Positions 9,881 through 19,191 of a DNA stretch of 64,000 bases are shown here, in pieces. How positions within the stretch are numbered: position 1 is the stretch's first letter; each line of letters begins with the position of its first letter. The notes under the pieces are model-generated. The model was not told the origin of the DNA. It saw only the letters and a list, made by a program, of their open reading frames with translations, and made no database searches. The stretch is from an uncultured Acholeplasmataceae bacterium (GTDB taxonomy: Bacteria > Bacillota_I > Bacilli_A > ML615J-28 > CAG-698): contig CAUTZD010000004.1 of the NCBI GenBank assembly GCA_963542825.1, forward strand, positions 406 to 64,405, in the 5' to 3' direction. The position numbers were made by a program, and so were the translations under genes.

Positions 9881-10924
9881 CTAGGCCTCATAAATCTCAA
9901 GGCAGCCGCTTGGATTAAAGCCATCATCCCAACCACTTGGCTTTGCTTCGTGGCCCTTAATTCTGATTCTTAGTTTTATCTCTTTATGTAAACAATCAAG
10001 GAAAGCATCTTTTTTAACAGTTTCAACGCCTTTGGGAACTATAATTTCTAAAAGACCAACACAGCCAAAAAAACTTTTCTCGCCAATTTGTTTGAGCGAT
10101 TCTGGTAAAACGATGCTATTTAGATTGTAAGCTCCCGAGAACAAGAAATCATTAACCTCTTCAAGGCCTTTCGGTAAAATGATCTCGGTAGCATCAGACT
10201 TTTGGAAAAGCCCAGGAACAAGCGATTTCACTTCCATCCGGCTCAAATCAAAACTTCGAGCAAAACTACCTTCAGCTTTCGTAAAGGCTTCTTCTTTGAA
10301 AGTGATGTTTGTCTTGCCTTTTAAAGAGCGAGGGACGATTATTTTTTCCTGATCATGACCAAACTTACTAAGACCATTTACCTTAACACTATCAGTTAAT
10401 TCCTCAAGTTCAAAAAGCTCTTCGTAATCGACCCACTTAGCGTAAAGTGTCATGTTAGTTTCAACAGGGTTTGCTTTACCAAAGTAGTCTTCTTTTTTAA
10501 ATTCTTTACTAACATACCACCCAGCAAAGAAATGGTTTTTACCAACGGGGCGGAGTTTGATAACATCACCATACTTAAATGTTTGCTCATTAACAATTTC
10601 TTCTTCCAGTTCTTCACTTAAAGTATCGAAATTAACATTTAGATACTTCTCAGTCCACCTAAGGATGATCTCGGTTCTTTTCTTGATTTTAATCGTGTTA
10701 TTTTCAAGGCGCTTTTTCCCGCCTAAAACATACCAACCATCGTAGTTAAAACCAGGGTTTTTTGGATAGTCAACAACATAATCTTTGTTGTAGTCAATCT
10801 CTCTTACCTCAACTTCTTTACTCATAAAGCCGTTATAGTTGAGAACTAGCTCTACCTTTTTCTTGCAGCCAGCAAGCACCGTCATAACAAGTACTAATAA
10901 AAAAACACTAATTATTTTTTTCAT
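9881..10924 (-). CDS. Lipoprotein with a Listeria-Bacteroides repeat and C-terminal BspA-type leucine-rich repeats
   Basis: Start most likely at MKKIISVFLLVLVMTVLAGCKK (lipobox), 18 codons inside the track ORF. GWY...TLYAKW repeat. LRR5-like LPESLKQIGEKSFFGC...VPKGVETVKKDAFLDC. Confidence 0.65.
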   Translation of the reverse strand: MKKIISVFLLVLVMTVLAGCKKKVELVLNYNGFMSKEVEVREIDYNKDYVVDYPKNPGFNYDGWYVLGGKKRLENNTIKIKKRTEIILRWTEKYLNVNFDTLSEELEEEIVNEQTFKYGDVIKLRPVGKNHFFAGWYVSKEFKKEDYFGKANPVETNMTLYAKWVDYEELFELEELTDSVKVNGLSKFGHDQEKIIVPRSLKGKTNITFKEEAFTKAEGSFARSFDLSRMEVKSLVPGLFQKSDATEIILPKGLEEVNDFLFSGAYNLNSIVLPESLKQIGEKSFFGCVGLLEIIVPKGVETVKKDAFLDCLHKEIKLRIRIKGHEAKPSGWDDGFNPSGCLEIYEA

Positions 10925-12167
10925 TTCTTTCCTTTCCAATCCATTTAAGGATAGCCTCTTCGGGGCTATTTGTATCAAGCCAAAAGTGCGGCATGAAACC
11001 GACCCCAGGCGTAATTTTTGTATATACTTTTGTTTGTGGGATATTTACTAAAATCCCGGAATTTGGTAGTTTAAAAACATCAATATCTTTACAGCCGCTC
11101 GTTCCCGAAGTTGCTCCACCAATGATGATTGTTCCCGGAAGATGGTTAATAAACTCGATTGCTTCTTCGGTTTCTGAAGCGACACTTTTATTCGTTAGAA
11201 TAAAGATAATCGGCATATCATATTTTTTATTTGGAGTATCATCAGTTACGAGATACTTAAATTTCTTAAGGTGTGCTTCTTCAATTGTTGCTTTCAAGGT
11301 TTCAAAATTTTCTCCTAAAAGGCCATTAAAAAACGACTGGATAAACTCGATATTACCACCGGAGTTATTAATAAAATTAAAAATGACGATACGTTTACCG
11401 CGAGCTTTATAACCGAGGCGATCAAATTTAATTTTCGATTTTAAATCAAGATTAAACGAGTGAATAGCAAGATACAAAATATCTTCCTGTTCAAATCCTG
11501 AACCAAGACTTGTCATCTCAATGGTATCAGTTTTTAAACGGTGAAGCTTGATACTACGGTTCAAAACTTCGATGCTTTTCACTTCGTGGTTTGTATAAAC
11601 ACCAATTAAATAACGCTTTTTATGGGTTTTTCGGTCAGGAAGCGTTGGTAAAAGAAACTTTTTTACTGCACTGATTTTAAGACGTTCACGCTCTAAAAAC
11701 ACGCCACATTTCTTTAAAAAGACAAGTTCTCCCGCATCTTCTTCCAAAATAGTATCAGCAACATAAGCTACCTTACCTTTATAAAAGTTGAGATAAGTTT
11801 TGTAAGCAATCATCGAGAGATTACCATCGTTAATGTATGGACTAATCTCTTCATAAATTATTTGCATTAGTTTATCATTTGAAAGTTTGTTTTTAATCCT
11901 GGTTTTAATCTTTTCTTCAACAACTTCTAAAACATTTTGGAGATTAAAATATTCATAGCCACTATAAAAATGTTTAAGGATGTCGAGGAAATACCGAACA
12001 TCACGCTCGGCTTCCGTTTTTCCAACTGTTCTTTTCACAGTAGCGTCTTTTTTAGCTTTTAAATAATCACTCCACTTAACACTACAAGGGCGTAAAAGCA
12101 TTAGTTCCGATGGATTTAATTCGTTCTTAATTGCCCGATAAAATTCGATAAAATCGTTATGTTCCAT
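10908..12167 (-). CDS. S41 (C-terminal processing protease)-like peptidase, no signal peptide
   Basis: IVIFNFINNSGGNIEF resembles the S41 DLRNNxGG segment. PIIFILTNKSVASETEEAIEF resembles LVVLVNxGSASASE. A downstream Lys is present. Family assignment is by motif only. Confidence 0.45.
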   Translation of the reverse strand: MEHNDFIEFYRAIKNELNPSELMLLRPCSVKWSDYLKAKKDATVKRTVGKTEAERDVRYFLDILKHFYSGYEYFNLQNVLEVVEEKIKTRIKNKLSNDKLMQIIYEEISPYINDGNLSMIAYKTYLNFYKGKVAYVADTILEEDAGELVFLKKCGVFLERERLKISAVKKFLLPTLPDRKTHKKRYLIGVYTNHEVKSIEVLNRSIKLHRLKTDTIEMTSLGSGFEQEDILYLAIHSFNLDLKSKIKFDRLGYKARGKRIVIFNFINNSGGNIEFIQSFFNGLLGENFETLKATIEEAHLKKFKYLVTDDTPNKKYDMPIIFILTNKSVASETEEAIEFINHLPGTIIIGGATSGTSGCKDIDVFKLPNSGILVNIPQTKVYTKITPGVGFMPHFWLDTNSPEEAILKWIGKERNEKNN

Positions 12168-12402
12168 CGCGAAAACGCTCCTTTAAATCTTTATAATTAT
12201 ACCTTTAATCACCTTTATTTGCAATAACAATCACGGGAAAGGGAAACTTTAGAAAATTTCCAAAAACACTGTTTTACAGGGGTTTTTAATAGGTTTTAAA
12301 GGGGTTTTCGGGCTAAAACGATATCGAAACTTAAGTTTAGAGACAATTATCTTTTTTAAGGTGTAAAATTATCAATAACTTGATTTAAAAGTTTGGGCTT
12401 GT

Positions 12403-12437
12403 TAAAACATCTGCTTTCGTGTATAATAAGAAGGCTT
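12403..12437 (+). promoter_or_regulatory. Sigma-A-type promoter for tRNA-Cys (TTGTTA - 17 nt - TGTATAAT, extended -10)
   Basis: Read directly, about 28 bp upstream of the tRNA 5' end. Confidence 0.5.
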
Positions 12438-12464
12438 AAAAGAAACGTATTTAGTGTTTTTACG

Positions 12465-12538
12465 GCTCCATAGCCAAGTGGTAAGGCAGTGGTCTGCAAA
12501 ACCTTGATCGCCAGTTCGAATCTGGCTGGAGCCTCCAA
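12465..12538 (+). tRNA. tRNA-Cys (anticodon GCA), with encoded CCA
   Basis: Cloverleaf by eye: acceptor GGCTCCA/TGGAGCC, anticodon loop CTGCAAA, T-arm GTTCGAATC. Confidence 0.9.
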
Positions 12539-12552
12539 AAGAGAAACAGAAA

Positions 12553-12592
12553 AGCTTTAAGGTAACTTCCTTAAAGCTTTTTTAATGCTTTT
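12553..12592 (+). terminator. Rho-independent terminator after tRNA-Cys (GCTTTAAGG-taactt-CCTTAAAGC followed by a T-run)
   Basis: Inverted repeat followed by T-run, read directly. Overlaps the stop of the convergent 12582..14303 gene. Confidence 0.55.
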
Positions 12593-14303
12593 TAATGTCG
12601 TAACTGTTAATGAAAAACGGATCAGCTTCGTTTAGCATGAAGTCAGAATCAAGAATATCTTTATCAACAAGTTTCGGAGCCGTAAGCACAAATACCGGAT
12701 CTTTATGTTCTATAAAAGAACCAAGGCGTGGCGGAAACATATCTGAATAAAACAAGGACATTAAACCAGTTTTATTATTGTGAACTTCGAAGTAAAAAAT
12801 TTCATTACTGAGAGGCGGAGTCGTCGCAAGTTCATACGCTTCATCAAGAAACAAAATTACCCCAACAAGATATTCTTCAATATTTGTTAAAACTTCGCGA
12901 AACGAAACCTTTTTGATGGTTTCAATATATCCATAGCTTCCTGCAAAGTTTTTAAGGTCGTAAAATATCACTGTTTCTCCCCGCATATTAACATCACCAG
13001 GATACGGGATTTTAAAAATGCGTCCCATCGAGTTAACGTAAACGATGCTAATTTTTTCGTCCTCAGCAAGCGAGAAGAGAAACTGCGAAACCCCAGGCTT
13101 CAACTCTTCGATTCGCAGAAGTAAAATAAATACTGTGAGATCGAAAAAACTTGAGGTTTTGCCATAACTTTTCCATAGCCCATCTTTGTGAATGAGACCC
13201 ATGATTATTCTACGCGCACTTAAAAGAACATCACTGCTTTTAGGGACAAGCTCACTTTGAGGGATACAAGCAAGTGAGCGGAAAATAGTTTTCAAAAGTT
13301 CAAGGGTTTCATGGGGCGCAAAATTTATTAATGGATGATTTCCCGTAATACTGCCATGATAATCAAGCAATTTGAAGTCCATAGAAGTGATTCTCCCTAG
13401 AGTATCATTTTTTAAAATCTCTTTGTGACGCTCTTTTTTCTCATCAATAATTGTTAACGGTGTTTCTACGAAACTATCACTACCGATAATATAAAATGGC
13501 ATTGGATTTTTCGCGCCTCTTCTTTTTACTAAAACCTTTCCCCAAGTATTATAAGAAAGTGTTGAGGTTGCAAAAATAGGCATTTCTCTTTCATAGCCAA
13601 TCGGATAACTAATTATCTGATAAGACTTGGGTTTTGCTTTTAACGCTTTCCAGTGGTTTTTAGTGTCTTCACTAAGTTGTACAACCTTTTCAAAGTGGTC
13701 ATAATCAACCATCTCAAACGAATAGTTAAGCTCAGCTAGCGAAAACATTCTAACTTCATCAATAATGCCTATACATTCATTAATGCCGGTACGTGAGATA
13801 ATAAGGTCTCCCTTTTGGTAATTATGCGGATTAAAAATATAGAAAGTGTTGAGTTTAAACGAAGCTTTCGCAAGCAAAAACTCAGCTCTCATAAAATTAA
13901 TTTCTTCGCGTCCTATTAAATCATTGTGCGAACCTAAATACAAAAGTAAAGTACACAGTACTGTATGCACTTTATTCTCATAAGGTAAAAAGGTCATCCC
14001 GCCTTTAATCTCCACAAACCCTGAGATATCAGCTTGATCGTAGTGCGTAATAAAAAAGAAAGAGAAAGTAATTTTTTCTTTAATAGTTTTTAAACTGTCT
14101 TCCATCCCACTATTGTTAGCATACTCCCGATTAAAAGCGTTAAAATCAAGGAAAAAGCGTTCACTTTTATTTTTATCAAGATATAACAGGAAACCTTCAA
14201 AATCTTCAAAGTCGTCAAAATCTAGATGAAAGATTTTTTCATACCATGTATCGAGTGTTGTTTTTGTTACTGTTTTCGTCTTCACGCTATTTATCATACC
14301 CAA
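12582..14303 (-). CDS. Hypothetical protein, 573 aa, no recognisable domain
   Basis: Long intact ORF. No signal peptide and no known motif. Confidence 0.55.
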   Translation of the reverse strand: MGMINSVKTKTVTKTTLDTWYEKIFHLDFDDFEDFEGFLLYLDKNKSERFFLDFNAFNREYANNSGMEDSLKTIKEKITFSFFFITHYDQADISGFVEIKGGMTFLPYENKVHTVLCTLLLYLGSHNDLIGREEINFMRAEFLLAKASFKLNTFYIFNPHNYQKGDLIISRTGINECIGIIDEVRMFSLAELNYSFEMVDYDHFEKVVQLSEDTKNHWKALKAKPKSYQIISYPIGYEREMPIFATSTLSYNTWGKVLVKRRGAKNPMPFYIIGSDSFVETPLTIIDEKKERHKEILKNDTLGRITSMDFKLLDYHGSITGNHPLINFAPHETLELLKTIFRSLACIPQSELVPKSSDVLLSARRIIMGLIHKDGLWKSYGKTSSFFDLTVFILLLRIEELKPGVSQFLFSLAEDEKISIVYVNSMGRIFKIPYPGDVNMRGETVIFYDLKNFAGSYGYIETIKKVSFREVLTNIEEYLVGVILFLDEAYELATTPPLSNEIFYFEVHNNKTGLMSLFYSDMFPPRLGSFIEHKDPVFVLTAPKLVDKDILDSDFMLNEADPFFINSYDIKKH

Positions 14304-14330
14304 AATATTTTTTTGTAAAGAAAAGAGAAA

Positions 14331-14819
14331 CTAAAGATTTAGTTCCTTCTTAATCTTACTAATCCAGTTATTGATTTCGGTTTCCTTTGTCCGAAGTTTC
14401 TTCTCATCAAAAACAATGTTAATACCATCTTTAACTACAGAATCTTTACATTTATTTTTAATATCTTTCATCGTCGTTCCAAGCCAGCCGCCATTTGTAA
14501 TAAATGGATAAATTGTTTTACCTTTTAAATCAAAACTATTTAAAACTGTATTAATAGCTGGAGCAAACGTATACCACCAAACCGGCGACCCAAGAAAAAT
14601 AACATCGTAATCGCTTGGATTAACTTGGAGCTTTTTAATATCAGGTTTACCGCCAGATTCTACTTCTTTCTTTGCGTATTCAACAACAGTGTCATAATCA
14701 CCCTCGTAAGGCTTTGCTGTTTCCACTTCACACATATCGCTTGGAATTTCTTTGTGAATCATCTGCGCAATTTTTTTCGTGTTTCCACCAAACGAATAAA
14801 ACAAAATTAAAGCTTTTAT
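14331..14819 (-). CDS. Flavodoxin (short-chain)
   Basis: (I)KALILFYSFGGNTKKIAQ matches the flavodoxin N-terminal FMN-phosphate loop, plus a WW(Y) motif. The track starts at TTG (14804). A GGAG RBS is optimally spaced for an ATA codon at 14817-14819. Confidence 0.8.
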   Translation of the reverse strand: MKALILFYSFGGNTKKIAQMIHKEIPSDMCEVETAKPYEGDYDTVVEYAKKEVESGGKPDIKKLQVNPSDYDVIFLGSPVWWYTFAPAINTVLNSFDLKGKTIYPFITNGGWLGTTMKDIKNKCKDSVVKDGINIVFDEKKLRTKETEINNWISKIKKELNL

Positions 14820-14843
14820 TTCTTTTCTCCTTTTAAAAACTTA

Positions 14844-16175
14844 TTATCTAATAATAGTCCAGTTACCGTCACGTTTCGATCCAGTACGCTCAATCATTTT
14901 CTTTTCTCTAAGCGCTTTAAACGCTCTCTCAATTGTTCTTTTCGCAACCCCAATATTTTCAGCAAGATAAGTTGATGTAGCACCGGGGTTTTTCAAAAGA
15001 AGCTTCATCATTTTCTTCTCGGTTTCACTTAAGCCAGAATCTGAATTAACGTCTAACTCAATGTTTCTACTTTCTATTTTAGAAACAATATCTTTTTCAA
15101 AAGGAATGGTACATTTAATATAATTGTCCTCGATCATAAAAACATCTTTACCATATTTGTTGACAATTGTTGGTACGCCGTGCCCCGTGTGCTCAGTAAG
15201 ATCCATATTTAAAAATATTCTCATAAGTGTTGTGTTTCTTGGTCTACTGATTCCTTCGAAAAACTGTTCTTTCGTCATCCCGGTTGGCAATCCCCCATGA
15301 GAAAGCACTTCAATCCTGTCACTAAACATCGATATTTGTGGCTCAGTAATCGTCCAGTCGTTATGAACTAAAGCATTTAAAACAGCTTCATCAACACAAT
15401 CAAAATCAAACAAACTTACATCTTTTCTTGGTCTAACTGTAGTGTCTGATATCGTGATGTTCTCAGCTTTTAAGCGATTCTTGATTTTAACGTAAGTCGA
15501 TAAAATACATCCATATCCATAATCGCTTCGCTCTGATATTGAGGCTTTGTTTTTTCCTTTAAATTTTACAAATATAAAAGGAATATTATTTTTATCAGCC
15601 AGAAGCTCTGCCAGTAAATTGTATTCACCTTTCTCATTTTTTAAATTTAGATTTGCTTCAAAAGACTTATCGTCAAGATGGTAACCTTTTTCCGAATAAT
15701 ATATTTTGAGTTCTCTAAATGATAGTTCTTTCAAACTCGACCGCTTTTTTAAGATAAACTCTGAATCCACAAATTTCCCTTCATATCTGGTTTTTATTTG
15801 TTCCTGAGTCATCTCCTTGCAAGTTGTTCCAATTCTTATCGTACAGCCCGCAGTTGAAAAGCCATACTTCTTCTGACAATAAATATGTTTCTGCCCTTTT
15901 TTGATATTGATTGCAACTATCGTTTTTCCTTCGACAAATTTAAGTTCAGAATTAATTTCATCTTGGGGATTCGGTTCTATTTGGTTAGTTATAATGTCAG
16001 ATATTTTTCTGAGGACATTATCGATTTTTTCTACGCCGACAATAGTGCCATCATCGTTTATTCCAATGAGTATAGTTCCACCATTACCATTCAAAAAGGA
16101 AACAATTTCTTTTACTATATTATCCGTGTATTCTTTCTTTAATTCTAGAGTTTCTGATTCCACATATTTTTCCAC
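14844..16175 (-). CDS. AlbA_2 (Schlafen-like) plus HATPase_c_4 plus C-terminal HTH putative regulator (443 aa)
   Basis: N-terminus ETLELKKEYTDN...FLNGNGGTILIGINDDGTIVGV (AlbA_2). LNALVHNDW (HATPase_c_4). C-terminal HTH. GTG start behind AGGAGG. Confidence 0.7.
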   Translation of the reverse strand: MEKYVESETLELKKEYTDNIVKEIVSFLNGNGGTILIGINDDGTIVGVEKIDNVLRKISDIITNQIEPNPQDEINSELKFVEGKTIVAINIKKGQKHIYCQKKYGFSTAGCTIRIGTTCKEMTQEQIKTRYEGKFVDSEFILKKRSSLKELSFRELKIYYSEKGYHLDDKSFEANLNLKNEKGEYNLLAELLADKNNIPFIFVKFKGKNKASISERSDYGYGCILSTYVKIKNRLKAENITISDTTVRPRKDVSLFDFDCVDEAVLNALVHNDWTITEPQISMFSDRIEVLSHGGLPTGMTKEQFFEGISRPRNTTLMRIFLNMDLTEHTGHGVPTIVNKYGKDVFMIEDNYIKCTIPFEKDIVSKIESRNIELDVNSDSGLSETEKKMMKLLLKNPGATSTYLAENIGVAKRTIERAFKALREKKMIERTGSKRDGNWTIIR

Positions 16176-16196
16176 TATAGTATCCTCCTTTATAAA

Positions 16197-16240
16197 CCGA
16201 CATTCAAACCGACATTCAAACCGACATTCAAACCGACATT
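16197..16240. repeat. 12-bp tandem repeat CCGACATTCAAA x3.7, located 22-65 bp upstream of the 14844..16175 start
   Basis: Read directly. Confidence 0.9.
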
Positions 16241-16323
16241 TTTATTTATTAGCTAATAACATTATACCCTTTTATCGAAGTAATGGAAAATTATCAAAAG
16301 ACATTTTTACATAAAATAATAAA

Positions 16324-17631
16324 TTAATTATTATTTTTAATACAGAAAACAGCATAAAGTGGCACTGATTTAATACTATTTTCAAACCCAAAGTTTTTCT
16401 TTGATACTCTTATTGCGTATTTAGGAGTATAGAGTTCTATATAACTTTTTAAACTTTTAGATGTTATATTTTTACCAGATTTGACTTCTATCGGGATAAC
16501 ACAAGATCCAAGTCTCACAATAAAATCTACTTCGGCTTCGTACCTACTTTTCCAGTAATATCTTTTCACGCCGTTAACAGCTAGCTGATTGTTAACATAG
16601 TTCTCCGCAAGTCCCCCACGAAATTCAAAATCATTTATATCTGACTCAATATCTTCAATATACACATCTTGCATAGCCCCGCAAAGGCCAACATCGTTCA
16701 TATAAAACTTGAAATCACTCATTGATTTATGACTTTCGAGCGGTAATGATACTTGTTCTAACCGAAAGAGCTGACTGGCTAGTCCTGAAAGACAAAGCCA
16801 TTTTACAGCTTCTTCGTAAAGCGATTTTCTTGCTCCGTCTTTTAGCATTTTATACTGAAACTTCTTATTTTCCTTAGCAAGCTGTGATGAGATGTTTTCA
16901 AAAAGAAGCTTTGTTTTGGGAATCTCCGTTGCCTTATTATATTTACTCATGTCATTAAAATATGCTTCAAGAATATTATGTTGAATAATACGCACAATTT
17001 CCGTGTTCTTCGTTTCAACATACGCCTTAACAGCTTCTGGCATACCGCCAACGTATAAGTACTTATTGTATGTATCAAGTGCCATTTCATGGAAAGGTTC
17101 GGGAAGAGGATTATTAGTTTCATAAGATGAATGAATTTCTTCGCTAAGTACTTTATACTCAACTCCAAGAGCAAGTAAAAACTCTTCAAAATCCATCGGA
17201 AACATCATCATCATATCAACCTTCCCAACGGGGAAAGTACTATTTTCTCTATTAACAGAAACTCCAAGAAGCGAACCTAAAGCAACGATGTGATAATTGT
17301 TTGCTTCTTCGTTAAAATATTTAAGTGATGCAAGTGCCTTAGGGCAAGCCTGAACCTCATCAAAAATAATTAATGTGTGTTCTGGCAAGATTTCTTTATG
17401 CTTGTATATACTTATGTTCTTTATTATTTTAGACGGTGAAAGCGTAATAAAGAAATCCTTTAAAGCTTCTTCTCTTTCAAAATTACAGTACACATAATTA
17501 GCATACTCGTTTTGAGCGAATAAATTAACAATATAGGTTTTCCCAACTTGCCTTGCTCCTTGAAGTATTAAAGGTTTTCTCTCAGAAGAATGTTTCCAGT
17601 TTAGTAAATCTTTATATATTTTTCGTTCCAT
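16324..17631 (-). CDS. AAA_14 / DUF4143 family ATPase
   Basis: Walker A GARQVGKT. C-terminal DUF4143-like region. Paralogous to 17816..19069, 38600..39811 and 44515..45768. Confidence 0.75.
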   Translation of the reverse strand: MERKIYKDLLNWKHSSERKPLILQGARQVGKTYIVNLFAQNEYANYVYCNFEREEALKDFFITLSPSKIIKNISIYKHKEILPEHTLIIFDEVQACPKALASLKYFNEEANNYHIVALGSLLGVSVNRENSTFPVGKVDMMMMFPMDFEEFLLALGVEYKVLSEEIHSSYETNNPLPEPFHEMALDTYNKYLYVGGMPEAVKAYVETKNTEIVRIIQHNILEAYFNDMSKYNKATEIPKTKLLFENISSQLAKENKKFQYKMLKDGARKSLYEEAVKWLCLSGLASQLFRLEQVSLPLESHKSMSDFKFYMNDVGLCGAMQDVYIEDIESDINDFEFRGGLAENYVNNQLAVNGVKRYYWKSRYEAEVDFIVRLGSCVIPIEVKSGKNITSKSLKSYIELYTPKYAIRVSKKNFGFENSIKSVPLYAVFCIKNNN

Positions 17632-17785
17632 GAATTAACATATCCCTTTCTTTTCACAAAGATAGTATCATATTGTGTATAAAAAATCAAGTTTTTTACA
17701 CTTTTTTGGAGATGAAATTTCCAAAATATTACATTTTTCTGGAGATAATCATTGATTTGTCAAAAGAACATCAAATAAAAAGAAC

Positions 17786-17812
17786 TAAATAATCGCTATT
17801 TAGTTCTAGTAA
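17786..17812 (-). terminator. Terminator hairpin AGAACTAAAT-agcgat-ATTTAGTTCT followed by T-rich sequence
   Basis: Perfect 10-bp inverted repeat immediately after the stop of 17816..19069. Confidence 0.5.
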
Positions 17813-17815
17813 AAT

Positions 17816-19069
17816 TTAAAGATCGAGCGCATTTTCGTTTAACAAAAAATCTCTTAAGCTCATCGTGACAATTCCATGTTCATCCCTTCGCAGTTTAATG
17901 TTATCATAAACAATAATAATCTTTTTAAAAGAATCAGAGATGTTAATTAAAGGGCGTAGTTCTTGGTTTTTCTTATCGCTTGTTATCAAATTATATGCTG
18001 ACTGAATATAATATCTATTGCTTCCAGAGTTCGCAACAAAGTCTACTTCTGTCTGCTTCTTTACGTAATTGTTGTTCTTGTTTTTTTCACTTATAGAAAC
18101 GATACCTATATCTACTAAATACCCTCGAGCCTTTAATTCATTATATATCATGTTCTCCATTAAATGGTTCTCTTCGGTTTGTCGAAAATTGAGCCGAGCA
18201 TTTCGTAATCCCAAATCCGTAAAGTAATATTTTTTAGAATTCTTGATATACTTCTTCCCCTTGACGTCATATCTTGAAACGCCTGTAACAAGAAACGATT
18301 CCTCAAAGATTTTCAAATAAGCATCAATTGTGTTTTTTGAAACCAAAGTTTTTTTAACACTTTTAAAAGTATTTTCAAGCTTTACAGAATTTGTTAAAGA
18401 GCCAACAGATGATGAAATAACATCGAGAAGCTCTCCCATTTCTACATCATTGCGAATATTATATCTTTCCTTGATATCTTTTAAATAAATTTCCTTATAA
18501 AGGTTAGTTAAGTAATCAGCTTTCATTTTCTCAGTTTTGCGGTTTAGAATAAAAGGCATTCCTCCATATGTTAAATATTCGCTCAAAGCCATATCATATT
18601 CCATATTCACAGCTTCAAAATACTCTTTAAACGTTAAGGGATTTACATGAATTTGATCACCGCGCCCACGAAACTCGGTAATTATGTCACTTGATAAAAA
18701 CTTAGAATTAGATCCTGTAATATAGATATCAAGGTTAGGAAGCTTTGCTAGTCCATTTAATAGTAAAACGAAGTTATGAACTTCCTGAATTTCATCAAGA
18801 AAAAGATAATAGATATCGTTATCTAATAACTTACTTTTAATATAACTATTAAGTTTAACTGGGTCACGCAGTTCTAGATTTTCTAAATCATCAAAAGCAA
18901 TTCTAATGATGTGATCACTATTAACGCCTTCCTCAAGCAAATAATCATAAAATAGCTTATTAAGCAAATATGATTTCCCACATCTTCTAATTCCTGTTAT
19001 CACTTTGATTAAAGAATTATGCATCCGGTTTTTTAGCTCATCCAAATAATAATCTCTAATGATGTTCAT
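17816..19069 (-). CDS. AAA_14 / DUF4143 family ATPase
   Basis: Walker A GIRRCGKSYLL. Very similar over its full length to 44515..45768. Confidence 0.75.
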   Translation of the reverse strand: MNIIRDYYLDELKNRMHNSLIKVITGIRRCGKSYLLNKLFYDYLLEEGVNSDHIIRIAFDDLENLELRDPVKLNSYIKSKLLDNDIYYLFLDEIQEVHNFVLLLNGLAKLPNLDIYITGSNSKFLSSDIITEFRGRGDQIHVNPLTFKEYFEAVNMEYDMALSEYLTYGGMPFILNRKTEKMKADYLTNLYKEIYLKDIKERYNIRNDVEMGELLDVISSSVGSLTNSVKLENTFKSVKKTLVSKNTIDAYLKIFEESFLVTGVSRYDVKGKKYIKNSKKYYFTDLGLRNARLNFRQTEENHLMENMIYNELKARGYLVDIGIVSISEKNKNNNYVKKQTEVDFVANSGSNRYYIQSAYNLITSDKKNQELRPLINISDSFKKIIIVYDNIKLRRDEHGIVTMSLRDFLLNENALDL

Positions 19070-19130
19070 AAAAATCCTCCAGTTTTTTATATAAGCTACA
19101 AGCTTTTTGCAATTTCATTATTTCATAACT

Positions 19131-19191
19131 TTGACAATATGTCAAGTTTCTATTGACTTTTTTTGCAAGTTTTTATAAAAAAAGTCAATAG
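19131..19191. promoter_or_regulatory. Perfect palindromes in the leader of 17816..19069: TTGACA-ATA-TGTCAA and CTATTGACTTTTTTT-N12-AAAAAAAGTCAATAG
   Basis: Read directly. Candidate operator/promoter. Confidence 0.35.

Noticed and set aside
12356-12538. ORF 12356..12538 (minus strand) from the ORF track
   Set aside because: It lies antisense across tRNA-Cys and its promoter, so it is spurious.
16197-16240. Considered the tandem repeats at 16197-16240 and 46739-46786 as CRISPR arrays
   Set aside because: Units are 12 bp with no spacers and no cas genes. They are promoter iterons/SSRs, not CRISPR.
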